Assembly: GCF_027921745.1 (NCBI RefSeq)
Contig: NC_079239.1
Coordinates: forward strand, 806,001 to 870,000
Source of the DNA: Schizosaccharomyces osmophilus
Taxonomy: Eukaryota
Direction: 5' to 3'
Length of the DNA: 64,000 nt
Of the stretch, positions 35,469 to 48,200 are shown one piece after another. The translations under genes and the position numbers were made by a program. The notes below the pieces were generated by a model. The model made no database searches and was not told the origin of the DNA. It worked only from the letters and a program-made list of their open reading frames with translations. Position 1 is the stretch's first letter, and every line of letters starts with the position of its first letter.

Positions 35469-38400
35469 CTAAGGTCTCATCAAGTTTTCTCGGCGGAAGA
35501 AGAGGTAATATCCAACGACAATGCCAAGCTGGCATATGAGGCAAATCCAGAAGGGCGCACTTGCTAATATTTTTACCCCGTCTTTTGGTTGCCAAGATGT
35601 AAAATCGAGAAATACGTTTGCTGGCCCAATTCGGCAAGGCGAAGTGGCTCTGCCAACCATGCTAGCTACGGCTCCAATCACTTGGCCAACGTTAAGAACA
35701 AGATTGATGTGCTCTCGTGTTAATGTTTGGAGTAAAATAATTCCAATACCCACTGCTTGGACAGTATCCAATAATCCGAGCCATAGCCATAGCATACGAG
35801 ACATGTATGGTGCCGCTTTTCCAAAGTAAGGAAGATATAAGCCTAAATTAGAAGTTCCCCATAAAGTCTGTAACCACCTTGGAGCACCGAATCCAAGTCC
35901 TAAAATGGGTAATATCCATGAATGCTTTTGAGATAATGATGCCAAGCCGCTAATAGCACCTAACCATATTGCAACGTAAAAAAATATAACCAACAAGAAT
36001 GTCACCCATCTGTTTGCTGACCGTGCTGACCAGACAAACGCCCATGAGCGCCCTTGTAGTGTTGACATCCAATAGTTTTGCAGTATAGAAGCAAAGAAAA
36101 ACCAAAGAATCAGCCGCCTTCGAAGAACAGACCGATAGAAAGCGGGGATCTTAGGAGGAATTTGCCTGTAAAAGTTTGGTAGCCCTCTGTAAAGCAATAC
36201 TGTAAAACACAACAAGATCAACGAGATAGACCATACAATAGCATAAACCCAATGAACGGAATGTACTTGTTCAGAAATACCATATTTATTGGGTTTGGAG
36301 CTCATATATGAACCCCAGTACCATAACGCAGATGACCATAATTGCTGGCATCCTTGTATGAAACAAGCTCGAATAATCCAATACAGAACATCATAGTTTC
36401 CTTCATCACCAAAGTTTAGAGAAAAATACAAAGCCTGGCTTCCTGACGCAGCTGCATAGGTGCATGTTGCTAGCCTTGCTAGCCAGATTCTTGAGCCACC
36501 TAAGTTTTCAAAACTAACCAATCCAACGAAGAAAAATGCAAGTCCATAAATCACGAATGGGAGTGCCAAACAATGTACACTAGGAATCAAACAATGCATA
36601 GTATACCAGAAGAACGTAGATGCAACATAAATACCGCAAACAACGTAAAGGAAACTTACCGATTGTTCTGAACTTCCGGACAAAAGACTTAACTGGAACG
36701 AAGTAACAGCGAGAATCTGTCCCAAAGCAAGAATTACCGTGTATAAAGGCCAGCCTAAGATTTGATGCTGTAGTAACTTGCGACAACCATGGTACTGCTC
36801 AAACTCGTAGACGTACTCAGCTTCCTCTTTTTCGGGTAATTGCAACACTTGTTTGTCTAATTCATTTTCATCAATGAAACCGTCTTTATTTTGAGCCAGT
36901 TCGGGCAAGTTATTGACGGAACTTGTTACTGCTGCATCATTAAAAAAATGAAGCTTCTCGGGCTTTGAAGAACCAAGCTGTAAGCTTTTTACTTCATTGA
37001 AATATTTGCGGGTACATTTCATAATAAAATGATCGATGCACAAGTTGCTTATAGAACTTTTAGGGGTCAGCTCTTGCAACCGTTCAGCGAATATGCATAA
37101 AGCTTTACCATCCTCATCATCAAATTTCCTAGGCACTTTCGTCAAAGAAAAATCTCGCAAATTAGACCGAACGGATGCAATGCTAAGCTGAGAGCTATTA
37201 TGCGGAAGAAACATCTCCGATGATTCAAAGACGTTGTTATTAGACCCATCAAAACTATCGAACCTTTTGTCGAGCTTCAAGTCGCTTTCTGAAGCGATAT
37301 CAAATGAATCCGTGTTCTCTAAAACATCTTCAACTTCGTTGCTCTTAGAATTATCACCAACAGTATTTGTATGATGAAAGTTTTCTTCAACAGTTGGCTC
37401 GGAAACAGGCTGCACCAAGTCAAATTCTATTAGCTGATTTCGATATTCATCACGACGAGGCAATTCATCAAAACTAGAGGACGATACATTTTCCAGGCTT
37501 TCAGAAGTTTCACTTACTTCGCCGTCCTTTGAAGCCTCCCCTATACTGAATAGCTCCTTTTCGTGTAAATTTTTAGATATGTCTTTAGTATTTAAACTTT
37601 CGTGCCTCAGTTGGTCAAAAAGTTGCTGTTCACCTTCTGACTCTCCTAAATCTTGTTTGAAGCTTTCATCATCAAGAAAAGAAGACTGGAAATTCTGTTG
37701 CTGGTTAGAAACTCCATTTAATATTTCGGAATTATTTTTTAAACAGAACTTTATGCAAGTATTAATGTGCTTATTTAAACGAATAACCCATTCAGATATG
37801 GGAAATCTCTGAACAGCTGAGATAGCACGCAGTTTTGTACGTGTCTCTTTTGTAGAAGACAAGGCTTGACGACAAGCTTGCTCAAACTGTTTTAGCAAAT
37901 GTGATGTTGTGCTTGATTCCACAGCGTACCACCAACCAGGCATTTGACCAAGACCGCCCACATTGGCTCCTATTCCAAGAGTACCTTTTCTACCGAATTC
38001 GACAGCAACAAGGCCAAAAGGTTCGTCCCTAGATGGAATTAATGCAAAATCGGCACCACTAAAGATATATTGCGGAAGGTGAGTAAACACTGGTCGCGAG
38101 AATAATCGTCGTGGATATTTTTGCATCAGAGCTTCAAACTTTTCGGCGGCGAATTTTCCGTATAGATCAATAACAGGTCCTATCACAACTATTTGAGCGT
38201 TATAGTTTTCGAGGATTATAGGGGCAATATCGGCAATTAAATCTATTCCCTTTTGAATGGACCATCGTCCAACGAAAATTAAAAGATCCGCATTTGAGTC
38301 TATTTCCAAACCTGCCCATTCTTGGGCTTGTCTCTTATCATCCTCCTTCGTAAGTTCAAGATTCCGTAGAGACTCATCGGTTACTTCGAAAACACCTTCA

Positions 38401-41400
38401 CCTTTGTCTGACGGATCTGGATTTGGAAGCTTGCCAATTTTTCGGAGCCCCCAGAAAATGGGATACCTTGCCCACGAACGTTTTCCATATTTTTTCGATA
38501 CACCCACAACACCAAATCCTTTTTGATGCACTCTTATATAAGATGCGCCAGCATGCAACAAGTTGAAAACATTTCCAAACTGAACGTACTTGGAGCACAC
38601 ATCCAGGGGTATATTGAAAACCGAACAAACCTCCTCAACTTCTTCTGAACTTCGCAGAGGCCAAAGCCCTTGAAACTCAGCGTTGTGCAAAGAAAGAGCT
38701 ACTGGAACAACCTTTGGCAGCAAATAAACTGGAGCCAGCGCGCCGTGATAATCGTTTATATGATATAAATCAATACTTTTGTTCTCCATTATGTTGGCTA
38801 TACATTGATTCCACGCGGAATAAAATATTGCCGAGCTTAAGTCGTCAACGCGAGCAGGATAGGGTTCGGATGTTGTCTGCCTTCTAAAGACAGGTGCATC
38901 CAATAGCAAGTATGTTATGTTCTTATGCACATATCGGTAAACGTTGATTAAATAGGATTGTCCTATAATTACCACAGTGATTGGATCGTCTGCTTCCATA
39001 TCAGGATATATCACATCACCCACGCATGGAATAACCCATAGCAAGTCTTGGTGCTCTAAGTTTCTTACCATTAGTTGTGCCATAACGCCCAATCCACCAA
39101 TCTTGATTCTTATATTCAAAGTCGGAATATCATACTCAAGAGTTGCGAGAAGTATTGTTTTCCTATTGCCTTGAAAGCTACCTTTCTTTTTCATACCCAT
39201 CATTTTGGGGAACTCCATCATTCTAAATATGATATTATTACTTTTTTCCGTTTCAGAAACATCAGTAAAGTATTTATCAGTATACCCTTTTCCAAAGTCA
39301 TTGAACTTCACGTGATAAAACAACCTTTTAAAGAGTAAAACAGAAGTTAACCCTGAAATAAGAGGAAGAAGAATAAAACAAATGTAAATTCCCATAGAAA
39401 CATAAACGGATCCTGAAGGATGAGTATAAAGTCGACGAGCTTGGGGATCAAACGTTATTTTCCATGATAGACTTTTTTTAGGAGGCTCAGATTGCACGAA
39501 AAATACATTGTCTTCTAATGCGGAAGGACTTGCCCGCGAAAGGTATGAATCATTCCGTACACTACCATAAATGTAAGACGGATCAGGTTTCCCTTTTTCA
39601 TTTAGACCCCATACATTGAGTTGAAAAGCTGAAGGATAAGTGTCAGATATTATATGTCCAACAAAGCTTCCATTTTCCTGTATAGACATTTTGTTTCGAT
39701 CATCAGCATCATAAGCCCATTGTGTTATTTCACTGTCCAGATACATCTGTGGGAACCATCTTTTATGCGAAAAAGCTGCATCGGATTCTTGCATGTGATT
39801 TGCGGAACCAGTTAGCTCACTCCAGTACTGTACCATAACATGATGACCCACCCATTTGTGATGACTAGAAATTGACTGTTTCTTTAGATAACATCGAGTA
39901 AATGAACCATCGTATTCCTGCCAAGACGACCAGCTTGATCCGAAATCCATCGAGTAACGGAACAGATCAGCACCAGGTGCAGAATGATTTAAACTCAAGT
40001 GTTTTCCTTCTAACTGTAATAAATCGAAAGAGTAATTGGCATTAGGAAAAATCATAGGATTGTTAAGAGACCCAATTCGCAGCAGGAAGTGATCAACTGA
40101 ATCAGTGAATGCCGATCCATCATTGGTAGTAACGTTAGAAACAGTAATTTGGTGTATACCATCCTGAAGGTTATACAAGACAGCTGACCACCTAAATCTG
40201 CTGCTGGGTTGACCCGTGAAGCGTAATTGGTCTTCAGAAATTATTGTATCGCAAGTAACAGACTCATAATCGAATTCTCCTAGGGCATTATTTTGAGTTT
40301 TAGATGTAACGTGAATACTTTCAGTAATTGATTGACAACTCATTTCCTCTGAAAATTCTATAATGACATTTACCTTTCCATGAGTATTGACAATTCTTGA
40401 ATCATGCTTCGGGGAGATTTTGGTGATCATAGGGCGCCGAGGAATATATTCGTCAATCGGGACGAATAGTTTGAAACCGTAAGCATCGAGTGCAACATTC
40501 GGAAGACAGCCAGCAACCAATTCGTTTGATGTATCCAGTTTTTTATTTGATTCATGTAGGATATACTCATCATACGGATAAACGAGATTCTTGACCGTTG
40601 TTCCAGCACCATATGGTGCTACAATCGCATCTTGCGAGTCACAATCATAACTTAACTCGATGGAATGGTTGTGGTTAGTAAATAACAGCCATACGTCGGT
40701 AGTTGATAGTGTATGACTAGAAGCATAGGAATACTCGGAAGTCAAGTCCTGCAAAGGCGATAAAGAACCTCTAACGACACTAAAGACACCAACCGTTGTC
40801 GGATTGACCCCACTGTTAGGCATATATTCAACGAAAGTCCAATTTCCTAACCTCTTAGATTGCCAACCATCAACTAAAGCCGGATATCTCCGTCTAATAT
40901 CTTGGAACTCGATAAAAACTTGCCTCTCAACTTTAGCAACGTCAAAGTGGTCTAGCGTGTTCCAACTATCAAAGCAACCCTTCCTAGCGGGAGTAAGATC
41001 AATAGCTGGATAGGTAGAGGAATTTCCAGTATAGCATCCATGGATGTACCAAGCGATTGAAGAACACATAGGCTGTCGACTATATAAATAGTTGTCGGCT
41101 CTGTTGTCGAGAACATACAAGCCTTGTTCATCACCGTAATAAATTAACGGAACACCGGGAAAAAGAAAAAAGGATATCATCGTACCAAGAATCAGTCTGC
41201 CGGGTCCATCCACAACTGAAGACCAGCGGAAAACGTCGTAATTTGAAACTCCGTACAAATGCCTCGGGTCATGCTCCCCAGTCATAGCGTTTAAAGCATC
41301 TTCATTGATTGCGATCGTTTCCCAGGCTTCTGTTAAATCCGTGGGCAAATCAAATGGAATTTCCATCAAACCATCCATTCTCAGAAATCGAAGCAGTATA

Positions 41401-42617
41401 CGATAAAATGAATAATGAAAAGCAGCGGCGTCTAAAGCATTTTTTCGTTCTTCTCGTAGAAAAAAAGTATCATTTGAAGGAGTAAGAGCATAGGCATCTT
41501 GAATACTGGAAGGTCGTTGATCGGGTTTTCTACCTCTCCCGTAATATATAGAGCCGTAGCTCGATGATCCTGTAACTTCACCAGGAATAAAAAAGTTTTG
41601 TTTATTATGCTTTCTAGCGCAATCCCGTATGCTGTCAGCCCAATCAGCTAAAAAGTCAACAGTCATTTGCGTAGCCTTATCAACACGAAATCCATCTACA
41701 TCAAGCATAGAAATAACTAAGCAAGAAAGCCTTTTAAGTTTTTCAGAAACGGATGGTTTCCATTCTCTCAATCGATCTTGAACCGAGGCAAACTTCGACA
41801 ACTGTCGTTCCCAATCAGGGTGGCTACCAAAGGCCTCTGTATCTCCGTATTGATCGAATTCGGAATCATAACAACCCTTCCATTCTAAAACCACGGGATA
41901 CCCATCTTCACCCCAGAATTCGGGAAGGGTGCATTCAAAGTCCCACTCATTTTGAAAAGCCCAATCTCGATAACGGTGCTCGCTTTTCCATAAGGCATTA
42001 TGCTCCATTAAAGAAAACGGAGTCGTGGTATTAACATAATTTTGAAACCCAACAAGGTCGGAAAGCGTCGCAACAGTAAGGTCTACTATTATATACATAT
42101 TCCTTTTATGTACTTCTTCAATGGTACTCCTCCAATCATCAATTGTTCCCAAATGAGGATCCAGCAAGGTAAAATCCAGAGGGGAATACTGATCTGCACC
42201 CCAAGGCAGGTTCACAAATGGTGTACCAGCGAGATAGATACCCTTGACACCCATGCCTTGAAGGTAATCCAAAGATTTTTTAACTCCAATAATGTCACCG
42301 CCATTTCGAAATTCTGTTTCAAGCATATCGTATTCGAATCTGGTGCCATTGATATCATTGTTAGTGGGATCACCGTCAACCCACTTATCCAAAGCAATTG
42401 TGTATAAGGGAAATCTCCACGATTTAGGGCTAGGGAAGAAATCATGGTCCATCCATACTCCAGAATAATCAATGGGATTAGTAGCAGCCTCATTGGTATT
42501 TAAATTCCATGGTATCTTTTCCGGGTCATACGGTGCACAGCTAACATGAAGGTAATAAAATAAAAACAGGTAGACGAACAATAAACAATGAGATAATGAG
42601 AAACGTTTGGGAATCAT
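35469..42617 (-). CDS. mok11: Alpha-1,3-glucan synthase (Mok family)
   Basis: Signal peptide, GH13-like domain, KIGGLG and PSRDEPFGLVAVE glycosyltransferase motifs, multi-pass C-terminus. Paralogue assignment from synteny. Confidence 0.85.
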   Translation of the reverse strand: MIPKRFSLSHCLLFVYLFLFYYLHVSCAPYDPEKIPWNLNTNEAATNPIDYSGVWMDHDFFPSPKSWRFPLYTIALDKWVDGDPTNNDINGTRFEYDMLETEFRNGGDIIGVKKSLDYLQGMGVKGIYLAGTPFVNLPWGADQYSPLDFTLLDPHLGTIDDWRSTIEEVHKRNMYIIVDLTVATLSDLVGFQNYVNTTTPFSLMEHNALWKSEHRYRDWAFQNEWDFECTLPEFWGEDGYPVVLEWKGCYDSEFDQYGDTEAFGSHPDWERQLSKFASVQDRLREWKPSVSEKLKRLSCLVISMLDVDGFRVDKATQMTVDFLADWADSIRDCARKHNKQNFFIPGEVTGSSSYGSIYYGRGRKPDQRPSSIQDAYALTPSNDTFFLREERKNALDAAAFHYSFYRILLRFLRMDGLMEIPFDLPTDLTEAWETIAINEDALNAMTGEHDPRHLYGVSNYDVFRWSSVVDGPGRLILGTMISFFLFPGVPLIYYGDEQGLYVLDNRADNYLYSRQPMCSSIAWYIHGCYTGNSSTYPAIDLTPARKGCFDSWNTLDHFDVAKVERQVFIEFQDIRRRYPALVDGWQSKRLGNWTFVEYMPNSGVNPTTVGVFSVVRGSLSPLQDLTSEYSYASSHTLSTTDVWLLFTNHNHSIELSYDCDSQDAIVAPYGAGTTVKNLVYPYDEYILHESNKKLDTSNELVAGCLPNVALDAYGFKLFVPIDEYIPRRPMITKISPKHDSRIVNTHGKVNVIIEFSEEMSCQSITESIHVTSKTQNNALGEFDYESVTCDTIISEDQLRFTGQPSSRFRWSAVLYNLQDGIHQITVSNVTTNDGSAFTDSVDHFLLRIGSLNNPMIFPNANYSFDLLQLEGKHLSLNHSAPGADLFRYSMDFGSSWSSWQEYDGSFTRCYLKKQSISSHHKWVGHHVMVQYWSELTGSANHMQESDAAFSHKRWFPQMYLDSEITQWAYDADDRNKMSIQENGSFVGHIISDTYPSAFQLNVWGLNEKGKPDPSYIYGSVRNDSYLSRASPSALEDNVFFVQSEPPKKSLSWKITFDPQARRLYTHPSGSVYVSMGIYICFILLPLISGLTSVLLFKRLFYHVKFNDFGKGYTDKYFTDVSETEKSNNIIFRMMEFPKMMGMKKKGSFQGNRKTILLATLEYDIPTLNIRIKIGGLGVMAQLMVRNLEHQDLLWVIPCVGDVIYPDMEADDPITVVIIGQSYLINVYRYVHKNITYLLLDAPVFRRQTTSEPYPARVDDLSSAIFYSAWNQCIANIMENKSIDLYHINDYHGALAPVYLLPKVVPVALSLHNAEFQGLWPLRSSEEVEEVCSVFNIPLDVCSKYVQFGNVFNLLHAGASYIRVHQKGFGVVGVSKKYGKRSWARYPIFWGLRKIGKLPNPDPSDKGEGVFEVTDESLRNLELTKEDDKRQAQEWAGLEIDSNADLLIFVGRWSIQKGIDLIADIAPIILENYNAQIVVIGPVIDLYGKFAAEKFEALMQKYPRRLFSRPVFTHLPQYIFSGADFALIPSRDEPFGLVAVEFGRKGTLGIGANVGGLGQMPGWWYAVESSTTSHLLKQFEQACRQALSSTKETRTKLRAISAVQRFPISEWVIRLNKHINTCIKFCLKNNSEILNGVSNQQQNFQSSFLDDESFKQDLGESEGEQQLFDQLRHESLNTKDISKNLHEKELFSIGEASKDGEVSETSESLENVSSSSFDELPRRDEYRNQLIEFDLVQPVSEPTVEENFHHTNTVGDNSKSNEVEDVLENTDSFDIASESDLKLDKRFDSFDGSNNNVFESSEMFLPHNSSQLSIASVRSNLRDFSLTKVPRKFDDEDGKALCIFAERLQELTPKSSISNLCIDHFIMKCTRKYFNEVKSLQLGSSKPEKLHFFNDAAVTSSVNNLPELAQNKDGFIDENELDKQVLQLPEKEEAEYVYEFEQYHGCRKLLQHQILGWPLYTVILALGQILAVTSFQLSLLSGSSEQSVSFLYVVCGIYVASTFFWYTMHCLIPSVHCLALPFVIYGLAFFFVGLVSFENLGGSRIWLARLATCTYAAASGSQALYFSLNFGDEGNYDVLYWIIRACFIQGCQQLWSSALWYWGSYMSSKPNKYGISEQVHSVHWVYAIVWSISLILLCFTVLLYRGLPNFYRQIPPKIPAFYRSVLRRRLILWFFFASILQNYWMSTLQGRSWAFVWSARSANRWVTFLLVIFFYVAIWLGAISGLASLSQKHSWILPILGLGFGAPRWLQTLWGTSNLGLYLPYFGKAAPYMSRMLWLWLGLLDTVQAVGIGIILLQTLTREHINLVLNVGQVIGAVASMVGRATSPCRIGPANVFLDFTSWQPKDGVKILASAPFWICLICQLGIVVGYYLFFRRENLMRP

Positions 42618-42919
42618 TCTTTTCTCGCTTGTAAGACTCTATGGAGAAAGAAGGAAAACGTTTCTTGTAAAGAACAGAATAGGAAGGGCCACTCTTAGCA
42701 AAGACCTGCCTAATAGTTTTTCTAGTATTTTTGAAAAATAAGACAGATTAAAATAAATTCCTTTTGCTCTAAGCAAAGTATTATAAAAGTAATGATTGTA
42801 CAATACAAAAGGAGTGCTTTCAAACGAAAGAAAGAAAGCAATTCTTTTTACTAATGAAAAAGATAGATGCTTTTGTTTGGTTGTTGGTCGAGAAAAAAAA
42901 CAATTTGTAGTAGGCCCCA

Positions 42920-42930
42920 TGTTTGTTTAC
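42920..42930 (-). promoter_or_regulatory. FLEX (Mei4) element in the mok11/aah2 divergent promoter
   Basis: TGTTTGTTTAC, which is GTAAACAAACA on the - strand. Confidence 0.65.
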
Positions 42931-43031
42931 ATTTGTGCATCCCCGGTACACAAATAAAAACAAGCAGCAATTGCCCATACCTAGAACCATCCAGCATACT
43001 ATCCAACAACAAAAATAGATTTATCAAAAGA

Positions 43032-45018
43032 ATGGATGTACTTCTGGTAAAATTTTTCATCCTTTGTTTTTTTTCGATCAGTCTTTTTCAACTCTCGCAA
43101 GCAGGACACAGCGTTGATGAATGGAAAGAAAGATCAATATATCAAGTCATTACCGATAGGTTCTCTCTAAATAAAGATGCTCACGAAAGACTTCCTTGTG
43201 ATCCAGCTCGATTTATGTATTGTGGAGGAACTTGGAATGGAATTCGAGATCATCTTGACTATATTCAAGACATGGGCTTTGATGCCGTAAGTTTCATATA
43301 AAGCCATTACAAAAAAAAACCCACTGACTGTTTAGATATGGATATCTCCTATATTCGAAAACGAAGAGGGAAATAAGATTGATGGTTGGTCATATCATGG
43401 ATACTGGACGAAAAATCTGTATGGCTTAAATCACCATTATGGAACGAAAGAAGACTTCAAAAATTTAGTAGAAGAGTTGCACAGAAGGGATATGTGGATA
43501 CTATTGGATATAGCTATAAATTCGATGGCTTTAAACGGACCCCTTGAGAATATAACGTTCGATGGAGTGGTACCTTTTAACGATGAGTCATATTTCCATC
43601 CATTTTGTTGGGTTGATTATGAACTGAATGATGTTGAAATAGTTCAAAATGTATGACCAAACTAATCGGAAAATTCAAACTCGAGAATTGACCTACCTAA
43701 GTTTTAGTGTGGTTTGTTGTGGTAGCATATGAACACCACTAGCAAAACTATAGTGAACAGAGGCTAACTAAAGTCTTTTCTAGTGCTGGCTTGGAGATGA
43801 CAATCTTGTTTTAGCAGATTTGGATACAGAAAATCCCGTTATTGTAGAAATATTGCAGAAATGGCTTCGCAATGTCGTAGAGGAATATGACATAGATGGA
43901 ATTCGTTTTGATGCTACAAAGCATGCTCCTGTGGAGTTCTGGTCAAAGATGGCAGAAGCTGCTGGAGTATTTACGATTGGTGAATATTTTACGGGATCGC
44001 CAAGTGAAGCCTGCGACTATCAGAATGCTGGTTTAGATTCTTTTTTGAATTTTCCTCTTTATTGGCCGATGACTTGGGCTTTTAACAATACTGGTCTTCA
44101 ATGTGAAGCACTTGCGACGGTAATTAATCAAATTCATTCTCAATGCCGAGATGTGAATGCATTGGGAACGTTCATCGGAAATCACGACTTGCCTCGAATT
44201 GCTCATAATAACACAGATCAAGCCCGTGTCATGAACGCAATTAGCTTTGTCATGATGTGGGATGGAATTCCTATTATATATTATGGAACGGAACAAAATT
44301 TCAACACTTTTCATGATCCTTTTAACAGGGAAGCACTTTGGTTGTCTAAATTCGACACGGGTAACGTGTACTATAAATTGATTGGGGCCTTGAACCGTTT
44401 TCGAAAGTCAGTCCAGAAGAAAGACCCCGAATACGTGAATACCCAATCTACCATTCTAAAAGTGCAACTTCATTATATGGTTATCCAGAAGCATAAAGTT
44501 ATCAGTGTTTTAGGGAATTGGGGTGTTCACAGTCAAGAAGGCTTAACAATTTTATTCATTCCAATGGACGCTCATCCGGGAGATGTTTATTACGATGTTA
44601 TCAGCGACAAAACGTACAAGGTGGACCAGCAAGGAAAACTTAGTGTTGAAATTTTCTTTGGATTTCCTGTTGTAAGTACTTTTGATGTTAATTCTTTCAA
44701 TGCTTGCGTACTAACTTTGTTGTATAGATATTGTATCCGCAAACACAGGGTGAAATCCATATTCCTGAGTTTACCCCTACCCTATTACCGGAGACTACAT
44801 TTATTCCTAGTATTACGATTACAACTCATTATGTGGAACCCACCTACGACGTCCCTTTTGGTTATGATATGCGCGATCATCCAGGAGGTCAACGATTCTG
44901 GAATTCCATTGTTTCACAAAAGAGCTCCTCGCCTGAAAGTACTTCAGCCCCAGGGAAAGTATTGCCCATCCTTTTATCTTTTTTCACCTTGCTCTTGCCT
45001 ATCTTTGTTCTCGCGTGA
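43032..45018 (+). CDS. aah2: GPI-anchored alpha-amylase homologue (GH13); introns 43287-43335, 43651-43783, 44672-44727
   Basis: Signal peptide, SIYQVITDRF, YHGYW, catalytic motifs DGIRFDATKH / GEYF / NHD, hydrophobic GPI-type tail. Confidence 0.88.
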
Positions 45019-45286
45019 ACTTTCAAATACCTACTTACCATATCCTTATTGACGACTATGATAATTTAATATGAATACAAATATCACATTCAAAATTATT
45101 CCAATAATATGAATGGAAATATATGTTTTTTGAATTGGCATTCATTCTGTCTTGTTTATTAACGTAGAAAGTCAAGTTTCCTTATTTCGATTGCAAACCC
45201 TAATAAGACTTTACGAGATACCACCAAGTTACTTGTTTACTTGATCGCATTCTTGCCAATTTGCTAAAACCATTCTCAATTTTTTG

Positions 45287-48200
45287 ATGAATCTTTATGA
45301 AAATCTAATATCCTTCTTGAACTCTCTTAGCTTAGATTCACGTAAAAAGAATGCCGACTTGAAAAAGGTTCGTTTCTCAATTTCAATAAAGTGAATATTG
45401 TTCTAACCTTTTGTTCAAGGATGCTGAATCATCGATTAAGCTCCTGGAGCAAATTAAACAAGACTCTGATTTAAAATTGGCGCTAGGTACGTTTCATACT
45501 GGGAGTCTGTGATTGAAACGCGTATGTTAATTTCTTGGTAGTATTAAAGCAAGACGCTTCATTCTTTGGACCTTTTATTTGTGCGCTTGACAGAAAGCTG
45601 GATCGTTACATTATTCCTGGATTAAACTCAATTCAATTACTAGCGATTAATAGTGCCTTACCTTCCGTACGTGAAATTTAGTCCTTGAAACTTCCGCTTA
45701 GAACTAACTAACAACTAGTCTATTCTTTCAGAATTGTTACGTGTATTAGATGACACATCGTCTTTAGGACAAGATGTGCAATTAAGAATACTCCAGGTAA
45801 TTCCTATTGTTTGCACAAATTATGCTGAGTATATGCAATTACCGTTATTGGTTTCTGCGCTTCATACCTGCTTTGCTTTACATAATGATAGGAACTTAAT
45901 AGTTTCTAATGCTGCTTCTGCTACACTTCGTCAGGTTGTGATATTGGTTTTTGACCATTTAAATTATGAAACCTCGGCACAGAGGGTTAATAAAGATCTA
46001 TTTTCTGGTTTGCTTACTATCTTCTCTAATCTCTGTGCTTTGATTCGTTCTGGAAGCTCAGATTTACTGAAAGTCAATGGCATATCCGATACTTTTGGTT
46101 TGGAGTTAATTGAAAGTATTCTAGTAAATCACCATCATTTGTTTGAACGATCTGAGTTTCAAGACTCAGTCCGGAAAGACCTACTTCCCATTATTACCGC
46201 CTCTCTCGCCTCCATGTCTAACTTTTCCGTAGCTCTTCGTGTTGCTCGTATTTTATCCATTCTTTTTCAGCATCATACAGCTTCCTTAAGCTTGGATGTC
46301 GAAGTCATTTTGACCTTTATAATAAGTTCTCTGGAGAACTCAGAGGCTCCGTGGAAAAAGGCTTTATTCTTGGAAGTTTTACGCTGTCTGTTTAATAATT
46401 CTGAACTCATATTTATTATGTATTCGTTATTTGATGGTGTTGAAGGAAGGAAACCAATCATCTCTAAATTAATTACTTCACTCAATCGGATTATTAATGA
46501 AAAGCCTTCGATGATAGGAGTAGGTTCTCGAGTACTACTGCCTGATTTTACAGACGATCATTCTTCGGTTTTTTCATCCACACTTGCATTTGAAATGGGG
46601 AAAATAATTGGTACATTCACTGGTTCAAAACCAGAGCAAGTAATAGGTATTTGTCGTGCTACAATCCTGAAAACTCCGTGCATTGAGCAATTTGACAAGC
46701 AAGATCCGCCCATCGTACCCGCTGCTTATTTGGTTTATCTGGCTATGTGTTCTTTGGTATCTCTTTGCAAATTTACTGCAGAGTTTGTTATGGATTTTCA
46801 CGAAAATGCCTCAGACAATGAACTCTCGGGTTTGCTTTCCTCTCTACAATCTAATGAAGATATGGAATTGTATCCGGATATATATCCAAAATTGAAATGC
46901 TATTACGGCATAATTTCCCAGAATTGGACTGCCTTTCTGGTTTCATATTCTACTTTCATGTCCTGTGCATTGAGCATGGAGTTGCTAAAGTTTAGTGTCG
47001 ATTCTTATGTGAAATTTATTTGTGTTTGTACGATCTTCAGGTTGGAAACCCCTCGAGATGCTTTGCTGACAACTCTCAGCAACAAAGCTGTACCTTCAAT
47101 TTTGTTGACTGGAAATACGCCGAATAGCAACTCGAATACCGTCTCTAATAACGGACGTTTGTCCACTTCGACTATGTTTAGTGTCGAAGGATTAAAGGAA
47201 GCAGCGACGACCATAGCTGGAATGGCAACTTACGATAGTCATGATGATAAACATAAATCATTTTCTTTAAGAGAAATTATATTTTTGCGAAGTTTGTCTT
47301 TCGTTGCTCAACAGGTTGGCGAACTATTGGGTAAAGGATGGAAAATATTGCTTGAAACGGTTGATAAAGCAGATATTATTTTAAACAGATCTCCTTCATC
47401 TAAACATTTGTCGACCAGCAGCTTAGGTCGTCTAAACTCTTCGCATTCGGTTGGGCATGAGGGTAAAGTCATGACTGGTCTAATGGATCATGAAGTGATA
47501 TCGTATAGAAGCGAACTTTCCGAACTCATGTTATCTACTTCTAAATATAGTGACCCATCTTTTTTGGAGTTCCTTGAATCTCTACTGACAGTCCTCACGT
47601 CCTCGTGTATAGATCAAACGAATAGTTTGACTGTACCGGTGCAGCCTGAAGAGAGGACTTCTATATCATCTCGAGGATCTTCAGCGAGGCTTTCAGCAAA
47701 TAGATCTATTTCGGGGGGGATTCGCCTACTACGGAAAAACTCGGAAGTCTTTTATTCATTCACTATTTTGGAAATGATAAGTTCCTGTAACTCAGGTCGT
47801 TTGAGCAATACAAAGAAAGTAAACGAAATATGGCCTCTAATCTCTTCTTCGTTAAACGATATTTTCAAAAATTCAACGGTTCCCCCAGAACTTAGAACAA
47901 GAGCTGCCAAGTGTTTAGCTAATATATTGGTAGAACTCTGTTCTTGCATTTCAAGTGAAAAAACTGTAGACAACAGAAAATTTCAGCAACAGTTTCTACA
48001 ATCAGTGAACTTGCTACAATCGTCGGTTGAAATTTCCGATACTACATCGAAAAACGTCGAATATGATATTTCTTCAATTGGCCTCGAAGCTTTAGCGTTA
48101 ATTTTAGAAACGGTAGGACATAATTTGTTTGAAGGATGGATTTATGTATTTGATATGCTTCGATTTAGTTGTGCCGAATGCTCCGATTTGTTTGGCCAGG

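Noticed and set aside
35521..42493. Many short antisense or alternate-frame ORFs in mok11, and likewise in crs1, sec72, mon2 and eng2
   Set aside because: Shadow ORFs expected within long coding sequences.
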